Shown: positions 1-10,703 of the stretch, piece after piece
Layout of the letters: every line of letters starts with the position of its first letter
Position numbering within the stretch: position 1 is the stretch's first letter
Origin: an uncultured archaeon
Lineage (GTDB): Archaea; Asgardarchaeota; Heimdallarchaeia; Heimdallarchaeales; Heimdallarchaeaceae
Assembly: GCA_964534625.1 (NCBI GenBank)
Contig: CAZHRF010000004.1
Coordinates: forward strand, 32,001-96,000
DNA length: 64,000 bases
Reading direction: 5' to 3'
The notes under the pieces: model-generated
The model's database searches: none
What the model was told of the DNA's origin: nothing
The model's input: the letters and a program-made list of their open reading frames with translations, nothing else
Program-made: the position numbers and the translations under genes

Positions 1-131
1 AATACCTCAGTAGCAGTAGGCAGTTCATTAACACCACAAGAAATGCTCAAATCCTCCATATTGATCTATCCGATACTAATTTCTGGAATAAAGAGCTTAA
101 ATACCTAGAAAATATAATAGATGAAAAATAG
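1..131 (+). CDS. 3' end of an unidentified gene running in from the left edge
   Basis: Frame 3 is open from the window edge (YLSSSRQFINTTRNAQILHIDLSDTNFWNKELKYLENIIDEK) to TAG at 129-131; no start in the window. Confidence 0.45.
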   Translation, partial: YLSSSRQFINTTRNAQILHIDLSDTNFWNKELKYLENIIDEK

Positions 132-161
132 AATCGTATTCGGAGAGTTTTGATTCTAAAT

Positions 162-380
162 TCATATTCTGTCCTCTCTAATGCTGTTAAGATATTCTTG
201 AGCATCTTCATCTCCCCATATGTCTTTACCAAGTCCATAAAGATCATTCCAGTCTAAAGACCCTTTTTCTGAAATCTTCTTTGCTCGAATGTTATGTATA
301 AGGGATTCAATAAGCTCTAGCTGCTCTTCTAATGAAAGATTGTTAATTTCATCTCGAATTTTTTTTACATTACTCTGCAT
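162..380 (-). CDS. Small putative antitoxin of the type usually found upstream of PIN/VapC toxins
   Basis: 72 aa with LSLEEQLELIESL and LYGLGKDIWGDEDAQEYLNSIRED motifs; its TGA overlaps (ATGA) the start of a short MNLESKLSEYDSIF stub. Confidence 0.55.
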   Translation of the reverse strand: MQSNVKKIRDEINNLSLEEQLELIESLIHNIRAKKISEKGSLDWNDLYGLGKDIWGDEDAQEYLNSIREDRI

Positions 381-484
381 CTATAAAATTATTAGTAAAC
401 TTAGTTTATATTGTTTATTATCTATAGCATAAATTCTATTACTAGTTCGAATTCTTGGAAATTCAATCAGAAATATGTGTATAT

Positions 485-1084
485 GAGCTATTCCACCCTA
501 AAGGATGAGGTTTCATGGATCATAGAAGCACCCTCAAAAGAAATAGACTAGCCCGTTTGTATGACAAAATAAATAATAGGTGCAAAGAGTGGGTGCATAA
601 AATGACCACAAAGTTAGCAGAGTTATACGATGCTATTATCCTCGAAGACCTGAATATGAAAGGTATGCAACAGTTTACTACAGGAGTCAGTAAATCGGTG
701 ACCTTAGACTTTTCCTGGAGTGAGTTTGTAAGATTAGTAGAGTACAAACTCGAAGAACGGGGCAAGTATGTGATAAAAGTTGATGGGTTTTTTCCTTCCA
801 GTAAGCAGTGTTCGACATGTGGATATACACACACCACGTTACGATTATCTGAACGGGAGTGGACGTGTCCTTCATGTGGTACCGTCCATGACCGAGATGT
901 TAAAGCTTCACGTAACGTATACTCTGAGGGATGTAGAATCCTCGACGAGCTTGGTGTATCAATACAATGTACCGTCGGAAAGAAGGGAACTATAGACGAC
1001 GCTTGTGGAGACGAGGTAAGTCCTCATTTTGAGGCAACTTCGTTGAAGCAAGAAACCATCTGCCTTTAGGCAGTGGTAGTTCAT
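485..1084 (+). mobile_element. Internally deleted, non-autonomous IS200/IS605-family element
   Basis: Left-end-like hairpin ttccaccctaaaggatgaggtttc (491-514), TnpB C-terminal half, and right-end hairpin accatctgcctttaggcagtggt (1055-1077) followed by TCAT (1081-1084); no tnpA. Confidence 0.8.
515..1069 (+). pseudogene. tnpB: N-terminally truncated TnpB (RuvC-II, Zn finger, RuvC-III only)
   Basis: ILEDL, FFPSSKQCSTCG, WTCPSCG, HDRDVKAS; only 184 aa, lacking REC/WED and the RuvC-I aspartate. Confidence 0.88.
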
Positions 1085-1100
1085 TTAATTACTATTTCTC
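965..1100 (+). ncRNA. Putative TnpB omega/reRNA scaffold plus flank-derived guide
   Basis: GC-rich structured stretch overlapping the tnpB 3' end (hairpins cctcattttgagg 1022-1034 and 1055-1077) ending at TCAT; boundaries approximate. Confidence 0.5.
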
Positions 1101-1116
1101 TTTCTCCATTTCATTT

Positions 1117-4100
1117 TCAATTTTTTCTCCTTTCTCCTTTCTCCTTTTTCTTTAGATATGCGACATATGAAAATACTATCAATAATATCCCAGCAAGTAA
1201 GAACAATAGAGAACCATATTGAAAACCAGCTGAACCCACGTTAAGAAAAATGAAAAGTATATAAATTAGGCCAAGTATGCCAGAAGTTATAGAAGAGATT
1301 ATTTGTACTGTTTGTATTTCTAGATTGGTCGAAAAGAATACGCCTACCAGTGCTAGAGTAAAAGCTAATCCAAAAGCGAGTTCAAAATCCATGGGACTCA
1401 AGAATCCACTGATAGCTATAGTTATTAATGATATAAGCAAAGCAGGTACAAAGTGAAACTCATTTTCTGTTTTTCTGTAAAGAAGGTAAGATAGCACTAA
1501 GATAACAGTCATGACACTCGAAACAAAGATAAAGGAAGTATAAGTCAAAAGCCTGTCAGCTGGTGCAAGATAGAAAGTACTCAAAGCAATTGCGATCATG
1601 GCTGTAAGTGAACTTGAACGCATCTGACTCTTATAACTAATCCCATAAAATAGTAGAGCTAAAACAAAGGGAACGAAGCCATACCAAGATTTTTGTATCA
1701 GTACAACAATAAAACTGTGAGCATAAAAAGGTACAAATAGTAAAATATGAGCTAGTTCAGCGTTAACAACATCTGTCTTAACTAAAACATATTCAAGAAC
1801 AAGGGAGTCAATTATAGTGTAAGAAATGACAGTAAAGATACTAAAGAAAATATAAAACAGAGTTAGGTGAATAGAACTTGTTAACTCTATTAAAAAGAAA
1901 GATAGGCTTCCAATGCTAATAAACAACAGCTGTATAGAAACACTATGAGAGAGGGCTTCTTTAGGTTGAGGTTTAAATTTATATTGTATTATCGATGAAA
2001 ACAATCCTAAAAAGAAGAATGTAGATATAATACTCAAACTATAGGAAAGGAAATACGATGATAAAGTGAAAGTGAAGTTTTCTCTTACTAACCAACCTAG
2101 ACTCATTACTAAAAGTGATCCTGTAAGATTCCATATTGACGCATGATATAAAATATCTGGTATTCTCATCCTTGCTTTCCATGCAGTATAAGAAGTACTC
2201 ACCACCCAGACTCCAAATACAATGAAGGGAACAAAATCAGGAAGTACTCTAAAAGGGTTAAATATTGGAATGAAAGATGATAAAATAAAACTTAACGAAG
2301 CCAGAGAAAAACAAGCTACTGTTATCTTCTCATTTCTTGATTCTACCCAATTAAATGATAAAGTAAGAAGGTATACAAAGAATATTGTCGTACAAATTAT
2401 TGATACAAGACGGATAAGCATAGGATTAGCTATTATTTCTTCTATTGATGGTCTACCTGGTATATTTTCAAGGACAAATAAAGCGGGAGTTACTAAAGTA
2501 GAAATAAAAGCTGGGATGAGTAATAACGTGTCAAACTTGTGATAATAGAAGTAAACTAAAGTTACCAAGGAGATAGGAATCAATAAGCCAATTAGGAATT
2601 CTGCCCGTAATAAACCAAAAATACCCGTAAAAACGAAAAGGAAATGCATTAAACTGACAAATCCAAGCGATAAGAAGAGTTTTGTTTTGGGGTCAATACT
2701 AGTACCATATATTTTTCCAAGGGCAAGATGGATCAGATAAATTATAGGTCCAATAACTGCTCCTGTCAATATAATACTAAAAACAAGCGATTCTCGAACA
2801 AGATCCAATAATTGTTCTTGGGGGATAATAAAAGCATTAGCTAAAACAGCTCCAAAAGTTACAAGAAATAGATCAATAGGATATTCAAGGATGGCATTAT
2901 TTCGTTGTATTTTATCATCTATAAACAACATATTAAAAACAAAAAACAAAATCGGAAAAATTATTAAGATACCAGAAGATATAGCTATGAGAATTTCAGC
3001 ACTTGTACCTCTCAAACTGAGACTAATTAATATTAAAGTGGTGGTCGCGAGAAGAGTTGAACCAATTCGCGTTCTCCAATCATCATGTTTTGTGCTTACA
3101 AAAAGAATAGATAAAGTTGGAAGGATATAAATAATAGGAAGGATCCAAAAATCACCAAATGGATTGGGAGTATCAGGAAAAGTAAATAGTGAAATAATTA
3201 CGGATAGATAGGTTATCAACGGGAATCCTATATTGTAATTCTTAATGATGAAAGGAATTATAGCTAGTACAATTGATAATGAAAGGGCAACAAAAATCAC
3301 AAAAGGCCATAAATTATGAATTTGTGCTGGAATTGAGATCAGAGAGAGAGAAATAGCAATCGTACCCAGCAATTCTTCTGGGATTGTTGAGGTTTCTTTT
3401 TTCTTCAGAAAAAGATTAACTAACCAGAGAAGCATAGATATCAAAACACCGCCATAGAAGAAAAAGAAGAGGTTTGAATCTTGTGCAATATACCAAAGAA
3501 TGGAAGTCAATGAAAGAAAGGAAAGCGAGTGAAGATGGGAAATTGTTATTGGTTCTTTTTCCAGATCCAATGATAACTTTTTTGTTGTCTGCAATAAAGA
3601 GACTATACCAAAACAAATAGAAATACCAAGAATAAACAAATAAGTAAAACTAGTGGAAATAGCGGTTATCGGAGTGACTAAACTATTGACAAAAAGATTA
3701 ACACAACCAAGTGCCAATAAACTAGCAGTTGAAACAAAAGTTAACTGGGTCTTTCTAAATAAATAAAGGCTCATCAGACCAAATAAGAATAGAAAAGCTA
3801 GATTATAATCTAATGCGATTCCAACACCAGAAATGTGAGACTTAACAAAAAGGATAATAAAACCTATTTCTAGTAAAATGAGCGTCAGTATTAAACGATG
3901 AAGTAAAGACAAGCCTCCTGGTAATTTTGAATTCATGGTAAACATTGAACTGCCAATTAAAAGTGCAAGATATAAACCAGAATAAATAACTAAAGTGGGT
4001 GTAGCATTGTTAATTTCAGTTATTAAAGCAAAAATAATACCTGTGTTAATAGCAATAATAGAAATGGTTTCTAAAATCTTGGTAGAAAGGGATGCTTTAT

Positions 4101-5766
4101 CATGATCAATTTGTTCTTTTTGAATACTCTCTTGAAATATTTGGTTGCTATATAACCCAATGAAAAAACTAATGTAAAGGAATAAAGATACAATAAAAAC
4201 AGTCCATGAAAGAATTTGCAATTCCGCTCGTTTGAAGATAAATAGGAAATAAGATGATAAGGGTAAAATAAAATTAAACACAGAGCTATCGGAAAATTCT
4301 TCTTTATTTTTATTGAAAATAATAGGAACCATGGAAAAACCAACAGCCAATACCACGTACAAACTAGAAAAGAGAATCTGAGTATCAGATTGTCTAGAGA
4401 TCTCAGTGAAGAGTGTAAAGAAGGTAACACCATTAAGAAATACCATAAAAATAAAGTTCACTAGTCTAGGATTTGTAATATTATATTCTTCAAATCGTTG
4501 AGATACAATACTAGAATAAGTGAAAACATACGTGATTAACAATAAAAATGCTGCAACAAATATTTCCCAAGAATATAATCCAATGGTCTCCCTTAGAAAA
4601 GTTAAGTAGAAAAAGCATGAAAGGGGCAAAATAAAATCTATAAAAGTAATGATTGTACGCATGACATTGTTATTGTACACTTTATAATAATCATAAGCAT
4701 TTTCAATCAATAATGATGCGACTAAACAAGAGGGAATAATAACTAAAAGCGTATTGAATTGAACTATAGTATAGAAATCAGGAATAAAACTGAATACAGG
4801 AAAGGTGACTAAGGTTAAAATAGAGGGAGCTGCGGAAATTTTGAATTTAGCTAAGGAATAAGCAAATAAAAGCGTGGCAAAATAAAAACCAAAAAAGATA
4901 TAACCAACATACTGTCCAAAAATCTCGGGATTAGTAATAATAGGAATTAAAGAAATAAGATTAAGACAGATGTATGCCTCACCTATTAAAAATTCGTTTT
5001 TGAAATAGATAGCCACCAATAAACTAATAATAGCTCCTATAATTGCTAAAGACCAAATCAATAAGGGGCGGGGTGTTTCAGTCACAACAGTTGTGGAAAC
5101 AATATACGAAATAAATATCCCCGCAGTACCTAGACCCAAAAAACTCCAAGGGAACATTAAATATGTAGATAATGAATGTTTGGTTAGCCATAATTTAGTC
5201 AAAATACTGCTTACAATGAAAAGTAAAGAAAAGATCGTTATATATAGAAAAACATTTAGTTGTGTGACTCTGCCTACTTGTCTTAACCAATCAATTAAAA
5301 ACAGCGTTCCTGCATAAACAGTTACAAAGAGGAGGAGATAAAACCCTAAAAGCAAAAAGTAAGGGAAAAGTTCTTCGCGACGAGAAAAGAGAGGAGAGGT
5401 GAATTTTTTTAGTAAAGAAGTAGAATCAGCCTTAGACTGATCTGCAAGAATTTGTTCTTTACTAGGTTCAATTGGAACTTCTGTTTTATAATCTGCAACG
5501 CTTGGTTCTGATACAGCTGAAGGTTCTATGATCTCTTGTTTTGGTCGCTCGATAGGTTCTGATACAGCTGAAGGTTCTATGATCTCTTGTTTTGGTTCCT
5601 CGATACGTTGAAATTCTTGAGTAAGCTCACTAGAGGAAGTAGAAGTATGCAATTCATCAGTCAATGCATTGAATTTTGAAAACAAAAAAATAATTTTCTT
5701 ATCAAGCAGTTCTAATTTTTTTTCGAGATCTTTTATACTTTCTCTAAGCGACTCTTCGTCATTCAC
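1117..5766 (-). CDS. Very large polytopic membrane protein (DUF2339-like architecture)
   Basis: 1549 aa; N-terminal coiled coil and acidic/Pro linker, then tens of consecutive hydrophobic helices and a basic C-tail. Confidence 0.75.
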   Translation of the reverse strand: MNDEESLRESIKDLEKKLELLDKKIIFLFSKFNALTDELHTSTSSSELTQEFQRIEEPKQEIIEPSAVSEPIERPKQEIIEPSAVSEPSVADYKTEVPIEPSKEQILADQSKADSTSLLKKFTSPLFSRREELFPYFLLLGFYLLLFVTVYAGTLFLIDWLRQVGRVTQLNVFLYITIFSLLFIVSSILTKLWLTKHSLSTYLMFPWSFLGLGTAGIFISYIVSTTVVTETPRPLLIWSLAIIGAIISLLVAIYFKNEFLIGEAYICLNLISLIPIITNPEIFGQYVGYIFFGFYFATLLFAYSLAKFKISAAPSILTLVTFPVFSFIPDFYTIVQFNTLLVIIPSCLVASLLIENAYDYYKVYNNNVMRTIITFIDFILPLSCFFYLTFLRETIGLYSWEIFVAAFLLLITYVFTYSSIVSQRFEEYNITNPRLVNFIFMVFLNGVTFFTLFTEISRQSDTQILFSSLYVVLAVGFSMVPIIFNKNKEEFSDSSVFNFILPLSSYFLFIFKRAELQILSWTVFIVSLFLYISFFIGLYSNQIFQESIQKEQIDHDKASLSTKILETISIIAINTGIIFALITEINNATPTLVIYSGLYLALLIGSSMFTMNSKLPGGLSLLHRLILTLILLEIGFIILFVKSHISGVGIALDYNLAFLFLFGLMSLYLFRKTQLTFVSTASLLALGCVNLFVNSLVTPITAISTSFTYLFILGISICFGIVSLLQTTKKLSLDLEKEPITISHLHSLSFLSLTSILWYIAQDSNLFFFFYGGVLISMLLWLVNLFLKKKETSTIPEELLGTIAISLSLISIPAQIHNLWPFVIFVALSLSIVLAIIPFIIKNYNIGFPLITYLSVIISLFTFPDTPNPFGDFWILPIIYILPTLSILFVSTKHDDWRTRIGSTLLATTTLILISLSLRGTSAEILIAISSGILIIFPILFFVFNMLFIDDKIQRNNAILEYPIDLFLVTFGAVLANAFIIPQEQLLDLVRESLVFSIILTGAVIGPIIYLIHLALGKIYGTSIDPKTKLFLSLGFVSLMHFLFVFTGIFGLLRAEFLIGLLIPISLVTLVYFYYHKFDTLLLIPAFISTLVTPALFVLENIPGRPSIEEIIANPMLIRLVSIICTTIFFVYLLTLSFNWVESRNEKITVACFSLASLSFILSSFIPIFNPFRVLPDFVPFIVFGVWVVSTSYTAWKARMRIPDILYHASIWNLTGSLLVMSLGWLVRENFTFTLSSYFLSYSLSIISTFFFLGLFSSIIQYKFKPQPKEALSHSVSIQLLFISIGSLSFFLIELTSSIHLTLFYIFFSIFTVISYTIIDSLVLEYVLVKTDVVNAELAHILLFVPFYAHSFIVVLIQKSWYGFVPFVLALLFYGISYKSQMRSSSLTAMIAIALSTFYLAPADRLLTYTSFIFVSSVMTVILVLSYLLYRKTENEFHFVPALLISLITIAISGFLSPMDFELAFGLAFTLALVGVFFSTNLEIQTVQIISSITSGILGLIYILFIFLNVGSAGFQYGSLLFLLAGILLIVFSYVAYLKKKEKGERRKN
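5504..5596. repeat. 51-bp period tandem duplication within the membrane-protein linker
   Basis: ggttctgatacagctgaaggttctatgatctcttgttttggt at 5504-5545 and 5555-5596; encodes PKQEIIEPSAVSEP twice. Confidence 0.9.
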
Positions 5767-5979
5767 ATCTATAATTATACAATGACTAAAATATAAATCT
5801 TATGTGCAAATTATTTATGAGAGTAGAAAATATATTGAATTAAAAATAAAAATAATAGCTATACAGTAAAGATTTCTTCCCTCAATAATAAAAAACCTAG
5901 TAAAGACATTAAAAAACCTGTTTGAAAAGGCTTTCTAGGCATTCCTTATTCCTAATTGTTTAATTGGTTGTTTACATAG

Positions 5980-6004
5980 TATTTCCTAGTTAACGAAGGA
6001 AATA
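5980..6004. promoter_or_regulatory. Inverted repeat in the divergent promoter region (possible operator)
   Basis: tatttcct-agttaacga-aggaaata, perfect 8-bp arms. Confidence 0.35.
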
Positions 6005-6151
6005 TATTTTTCCTATTCCGACAAAATTACTTTCAAAAGTAAAGAGCAAAAACTAGAGAAGAAAAGAAAAGAATAAAGAACAAGATTTCACTTTCAATGA
6101 ACTCCCAGTCCTCTCTTATAAATTAGAAGGTACTTGTTAACTTGAGAGCAA

Positions 6152-7168
6152 ATGTCAAAAGTCAAATCAAAAATTACAAATTCGAGTTCAAGCTCAGAAA
6201 CAGAATCAATAAATATAAATGAAGAAGAAATTACATGTCCTGAATGTGGTAACACTAATTTTGCGATAACCAAAGCCAATAAAGTATGCAAGGTATGTGG
6301 GGTAGTTATTGAGCCTATTTACCAGAATGATCATTGGCAAGGAAGATTTGAAAATGCGGAACGATATGGTAGTCCAGAAAGTAGGAGGCATACAAGTTCA
6401 ACATTTTTCAGAGTTAATGATGTGAAAACAAGCAAAAGACGAAGCAATTATAACAGATATAGGTTAGTGAATGGTTCACTGGAATATGACGCGATAGAAG
6501 AAAATCTCTCACGCTTACTGAATATTTTAACAACATTAGGCTTGTCATCTAATGAGCGCAATAATTTGATGTTTGAACTAAAAACTATCTATACAGACGC
6601 CAAAAGAAATGAAGACAAAATAACTAATATATTTCTCATAGCGGCAGCACTGACCATCAAGTTATTAAAAAGAAAAGGCAGAGCAATCTCTATAAGTGAC
6701 GTGGTCTCAATCTACAAACAATATGGTTGCAAAATCAGCAATAAGGCTATCCGCGATCATATCTTGGATAACAACATACGCTACTTAAGAAGCTCTAAGG
6801 ATCAATATATTAGTAAATATATGGCCAAATTACGCTCTGATGACGATATTCGATCACAAATTCTTGACTTTACAAAAGAAACCATTGATAAGAAAGAATC
6901 AAATATAGATGAGGATTTAGAAGTCAACAAAGTCCTGACTACAATTGAACGCATGGCTATAAAACTGAGTAAATTGAACACTGGAGCCAAGAAGCCTTCG
7001 GTTATCTCTGCTGCGGGGATATTTATAGCTTCAAAATTAATAGCAACAAAGTATGGCAAAGATCTCTTGTTACCTAAAAGCACGTTAAGCTCATTGTTAG
7101 ATGTACCACAAAGTACACTACGGACTCATGTCAATTACTTAAGCGAGAAGATTAAAGTTAAACTATAA
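6152..7168 (+). CDS. Divergent TFB/TFIIB-like protein (Zn ribbon + two cyclin-fold repeats)
   Basis: CPECG...VCKVCGVVI zinc ribbon; IAAALTI and AKKPSVISAAGIFIAS cyclin repeats; C-terminal HTH LSSLLDVPQSTLRTH. Confidence 0.78.
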   Translation: MSKVKSKITNSSSSSETESININEEEITCPECGNTNFAITKANKVCKVCGVVIEPIYQNDHWQGRFENAERYGSPESRRHTSSTFFRVNDVKTSKRRSNYNRYRLVNGSLEYDAIEENLSRLLNILTTLGLSSNERNNLMFELKTIYTDAKRNEDKITNIFLIAAALTIKLLKRKGRAISISDVVSIYKQYGCKISNKAIRDHILDNNIRYLRSSKDQYISKYMAKLRSDDDIRSQILDFTKETIDKKESNIDEDLEVNKVLTTIERMAIKLSKLNTGAKKPSVISAAGIFIASKLIATKYGKDLLLPKSTLSSLLDVPQSTLRTHVNYLSEKIKVKL

Positions 7169-7182
7169 TCAAACTATAGTCC

Positions 7183-7232
7183 TTATACTCATTATTCTCA
7201 TTCTTTATACTCATTCTTTATACTCATTCTTT
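7183..7232. repeat. Short 13-bp tandem repeat downstream of the TFB-like gene
   Basis: (tatactcattctt) about 3 copies, first one degenerate; T-rich, may double as a terminator. Confidence 0.6.
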
Positions 7233-7303
7233 AAATTTAAGCAACACGAGATTATAATCTTATTTAGTGAGCTAACAGCAATTACATATATTTATATATA
7301 ATA

Positions 7304-8509
7304 ATGTCTAGAAATTTCATATTACTCAGTAAGGGGCTCATTATGGTAACTTCATTATCAAAAAAGCAAATAACGGGAAATGATATAGGCGAAGTTCAAT
7401 GGCTATATAGAACACCAATTTTCACAACATTTTCAGCATTAATATTAATAACTCTTGATACAATACTACGAGTCACGGATGATTACCTTTTTATTTTTTC
7501 TATCTTTCTAATTTTATTCCTAATTTTTTCTATTGGAACGTACAAACTAACACAAGCAGTTTTTCTAGCGCCAATATTATATAATGAAAATGATTACAAA
7601 GCAAATATGAAAACAATCGTATTAGCACACCTTGTTTACACATTAATTTTTGCGATACACTCTTTTTTTTATACTTTAGTAATCATATATTATACTAGTT
7701 CCTTTGCTCTATTCAATACCGCTCCTGCTATTATGAGTATAATTCAAATAATTAGTTTAACTATACTAATTAAAACGTTCAAGAAACCAAATAAAATAGA
7801 TAAGGAAAAAATACAATTCACGAATGAAAAAAAAGTTTCTCATTCTCCCAAATATATTGATGTTAATTATAAAACGCTTAGGAATATTAAACGAACAATA
7901 TATGGCAATTTGACAATTTTCTTCTTTTTATGTTTTTTTCACTTAGTGTTTGAACTTTTTGTCTTTTTCTTAATTTTTTTGTGGGGGGTATTGCTACCAT
8001 TAATATCAATTTTCGCTTATAAAACATTAGATTTTCTTTCAGCTATTAGAGGAGATAAAAAAGAAGAGAAAGCCCTTAAATTAATATTAATATTGAAAAT
8101 AGTCAATGCATTACAATTTATATTTTTAATGATCTTTCTTGTAATCGGAATAATAAAATTAAGTATTTTTAATGATTATGAAATATTCTATCTTATTATA
8201 CCCATACTGATAGGGATAATACCACCCATGTGGGTTTTTGTAAGTTTCGAAAAATTGGAATTGAAATTGATTAAAGAAATAGAAATGCTGAATCAATCGA
8301 TATCCAGACAGATTCAAGCAAAAATGCTTGAAGATTTCTCACTTAAAGAAAGATCTCAGACAGGCGATATAGTGGCACTACATTCGGAGAATATAAAAAT
8401 AAAAGAATTAAATAACAACTCTAGTTTTCATTGTACTGAGTGCGGAGAAATACTACCGTCAAAGGAGTTATACTGCCCTAGATGTGGAACAAGAATGGAG
8501 ATTGAATAA
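7304..8509 (+). CDS. Multi-pass membrane protein with C-terminal zinc ribbon
   Basis: About 8 hydrophobic segments; CTECG...CPRCG at the C-terminus. Start may be ATG 7343. Confidence 0.75.
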   Translation: MSRNFILLSKGLIMVTSLSKKQITGNDIGEVQWLYRTPIFTTFSALILITLDTILRVTDDYLFIFSIFLILFLIFSIGTYKLTQAVFLAPILYNENDYKANMKTIVLAHLVYTLIFAIHSFFYTLVIIYYTSSFALFNTAPAIMSIIQIISLTILIKTFKKPNKIDKEKIQFTNEKKVSHSPKYIDVNYKTLRNIKRTIYGNLTIFFFLCFFHLVFELFVFFLIFLWGVLLPLISIFAYKTLDFLSAIRGDKKEEKALKLILILKIVNALQFIFLMIFLVIGIIKLSIFNDYEIFYLIIPILIGIIPPMWVFVSFEKLELKLIKEIEMLNQSISRQIQAKMLEDFSLKERSQTGDIVALHSENIKIKELNNNSSFHCTECGEILPSKELYCPRCGTRMEIE

Positions 8510-8974
8510 ACCCAAAGAAGAGATTTGGTATAAATTGAAACTTCAACACTAAAATGTAAGAGATATATCGTCAAAGTAGAAATAGACATAATCAACATCA
8601 TGATGCTTCATGGGACTTCTATGGGACATTTCATCAAATATTATTTGGCAGAGGACTTGGTCTATCTGGGCCATCATGGTGGATATAAAGTATCCTTATA
8701 TTAAGACTAAAAGGAGGGTTTATTTATTTTATAATTTTTTTTGTTCTTTGAGAATAAAATTGCCACATTACTTTGGATAGGGGAATTATCATATTCCCAG
8801 CACCCAGCGAGGGGTGTATTATTCTTATAATGTTTCTAAAAAAACTAATACACATATAGTAAGAATATACCATCACAGGTTTTGATATCGGGGGTAGGTA
8901 AAAATAAATAAAAAGGATATGGTATGTTTATATAGCTATTTTAGGTATGTATATATGAAAATGAGGTAATAAGA

Positions 8975-10534
8975 ATGGTCGATAATGATTCAATACATAA
9001 ATTAACCGATAATATACGATCTGGTATAGTTATACGGGGAGAAAAAGAATCCCCAATACCTGAAGAAGAAGTGGATTTAGAAGGTGATCCCAACGAGATA
9101 CTCTATGTTAAAGATTTTATAATAGATGAAGGATTACCAGGAAAACCTAATGTTTATCGTATAGAAGAACCGTATGTTAAACCTTTTAAGATTAAACGTA
9201 GCGAGTATCTTTTATATCTAAAACTTAGAAAATTGTTTACTACACAAAGTCTTTATCCTATAGATAAAGATAATAGCCCGTATCGTAACCCCTATAAGAA
9301 TCATTTTGCCCCACTTAAAAAAATTATATATAGATACTCATTATTTAGATGGTTATTCGGTTTTGAATATTTCATGTTAGGAAAATCTAACAAGGAATAT
9401 TATGGCTTTGAAGGAGAGGTTTCTTCTACCAACATGTGTTGTATTAAAGATCATTATATACGAGAAGTAATTCTAAATGATATTGCAACACCAAATACAG
9501 TATGGCCGTTGCGTATTTTCCCCGATGGTATATCGGGCCGTGATGGAATAAGATATGAACCTCAAAAAGAAAAAATGGTTACAATCTTAAAAAAGATGGA
9601 AAAGTTAGATTCATTGTTACTTAGAGAGGCTGAAGGAGTAGAAGAAGAGCAAAGATTACCCGATAATATATCAGAATTAAAAAATCTCGTGCAATTAGCA
9701 ATAATAAGTTGGGGGTTAAAACGCTTACCTAGAAGCTTTGGGAGACTAAAAAATCTTCGGAGTTTGTTTTTGGTGGATAATTGGTTTACCTATATTCCCA
9801 AGAGTATTTTTAGAATAAAAAAACTTCAACATCTAATTTTAGAAGAAAATAACATAAACGAGATACCTCCAGATATATTAAAATTAGAGAATCTAATAAC
9901 CCTAGATTTGTCAGGCAATCCACTTGGAGCTGTTCCTGAACATATATGTGAGTTACCTAATCTTAGATATTTTAGATTTGACCAACTTTATAACAACATT
10001 TGGGTTAAATCATATAACCAGACCAAGTATATGCTATCTTCTTTACCAGATTGTTTTCATAAATTACAAAAATTAGAAACCTTGATTTTATCTAACAATA
10101 AGTTCCAGACTATTCCTGAATGTATAAAGCATTTACACAATCTTAAAAGTTTGATTATGTACTATAACTCTGTTACTTCTATCCCTTCATTTATTTATGA
10201 TATGAAAAATCTAGAAGTGTTATCCTTAACTTGTAATAAAATTGATGAAATAAGTCCCGAAATTGAAAAAATGCAAAATCTAAAAATATTAGAACTAGGA
10301 GGGAATAATTTACAAGAGATACCTCCCGAAATAGGTAATTTGAAAGATTTACGAGTATTAAAACTAGGTGGTAATAATCTTACTTCTTTACCCAAGACGA
10401 TAAATAAGTTGTCTAACATAGGGATAATGAATGTAAGGGGAAATAATGACCTTAAAGTTAATATTGAAGAGTATTCAGTAACAATAAAAAATAGGTTGCA
10501 ATGGGATAAGTGGAAAAATAACCAAAATAATTGA
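8975..10534 (+). CDS. Leucine-rich repeat protein
   Basis: About 11 23-aa LxxLxLxxNxLxxIPxxIxxL repeats (e.g. LKILELGGNNLQEIPPEIGNLKDL) after a ~200-aa unique N-terminal domain; gaggt SD. Confidence 0.92.
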   Translation: MVDNDSIHKLTDNIRSGIVIRGEKESPIPEEEVDLEGDPNEILYVKDFIIDEGLPGKPNVYRIEEPYVKPFKIKRSEYLLYLKLRKLFTTQSLYPIDKDNSPYRNPYKNHFAPLKKIIYRYSLFRWLFGFEYFMLGKSNKEYYGFEGEVSSTNMCCIKDHYIREVILNDIATPNTVWPLRIFPDGISGRDGIRYEPQKEKMVTILKKMEKLDSLLLREAEGVEEEQRLPDNISELKNLVQLAIISWGLKRLPRSFGRLKNLRSLFLVDNWFTYIPKSIFRIKKLQHLILEENNINEIPPDILKLENLITLDLSGNPLGAVPEHICELPNLRYFRFDQLYNNIWVKSYNQTKYMLSSLPDCFHKLQKLETLILSNNKFQTIPECIKHLHNLKSLIMYYNSVTSIPSFIYDMKNLEVLSLTCNKIDEISPEIEKMQNLKILELGGNNLQEIPPEIGNLKDLRVLKLGGNNLTSLPKTINKLSNIGIMNVRGNNDLKVNIEEYSVTIKNRLQWDKWKNNQNN

Positions 10535-10703
10535 ACCAACACAACCCAAATTAAACTCACTAAACTAAAAGAGAAACGAAAACAAAGAGAAGTTATTAAA
10601 GGTTTAAATAGTTTTGTTGGTATAATAAAGTAGGGTAATACCTTAATATAAAATAAAAGGAAAGGTATTTGTTAATACCTAAAGTAAGGAGAAAGGAATA
10701 AAA

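Noticed and set aside
520-5317. Short ORFs antisense or out of frame to tnpB and the large membrane gene (e.g. 520..837, 2222..2542, 4071..4433)
   Set aside because: Shadow ORFs of longer, motif-supported genes; the same applies to similar short track ORFs elsewhere in the window.
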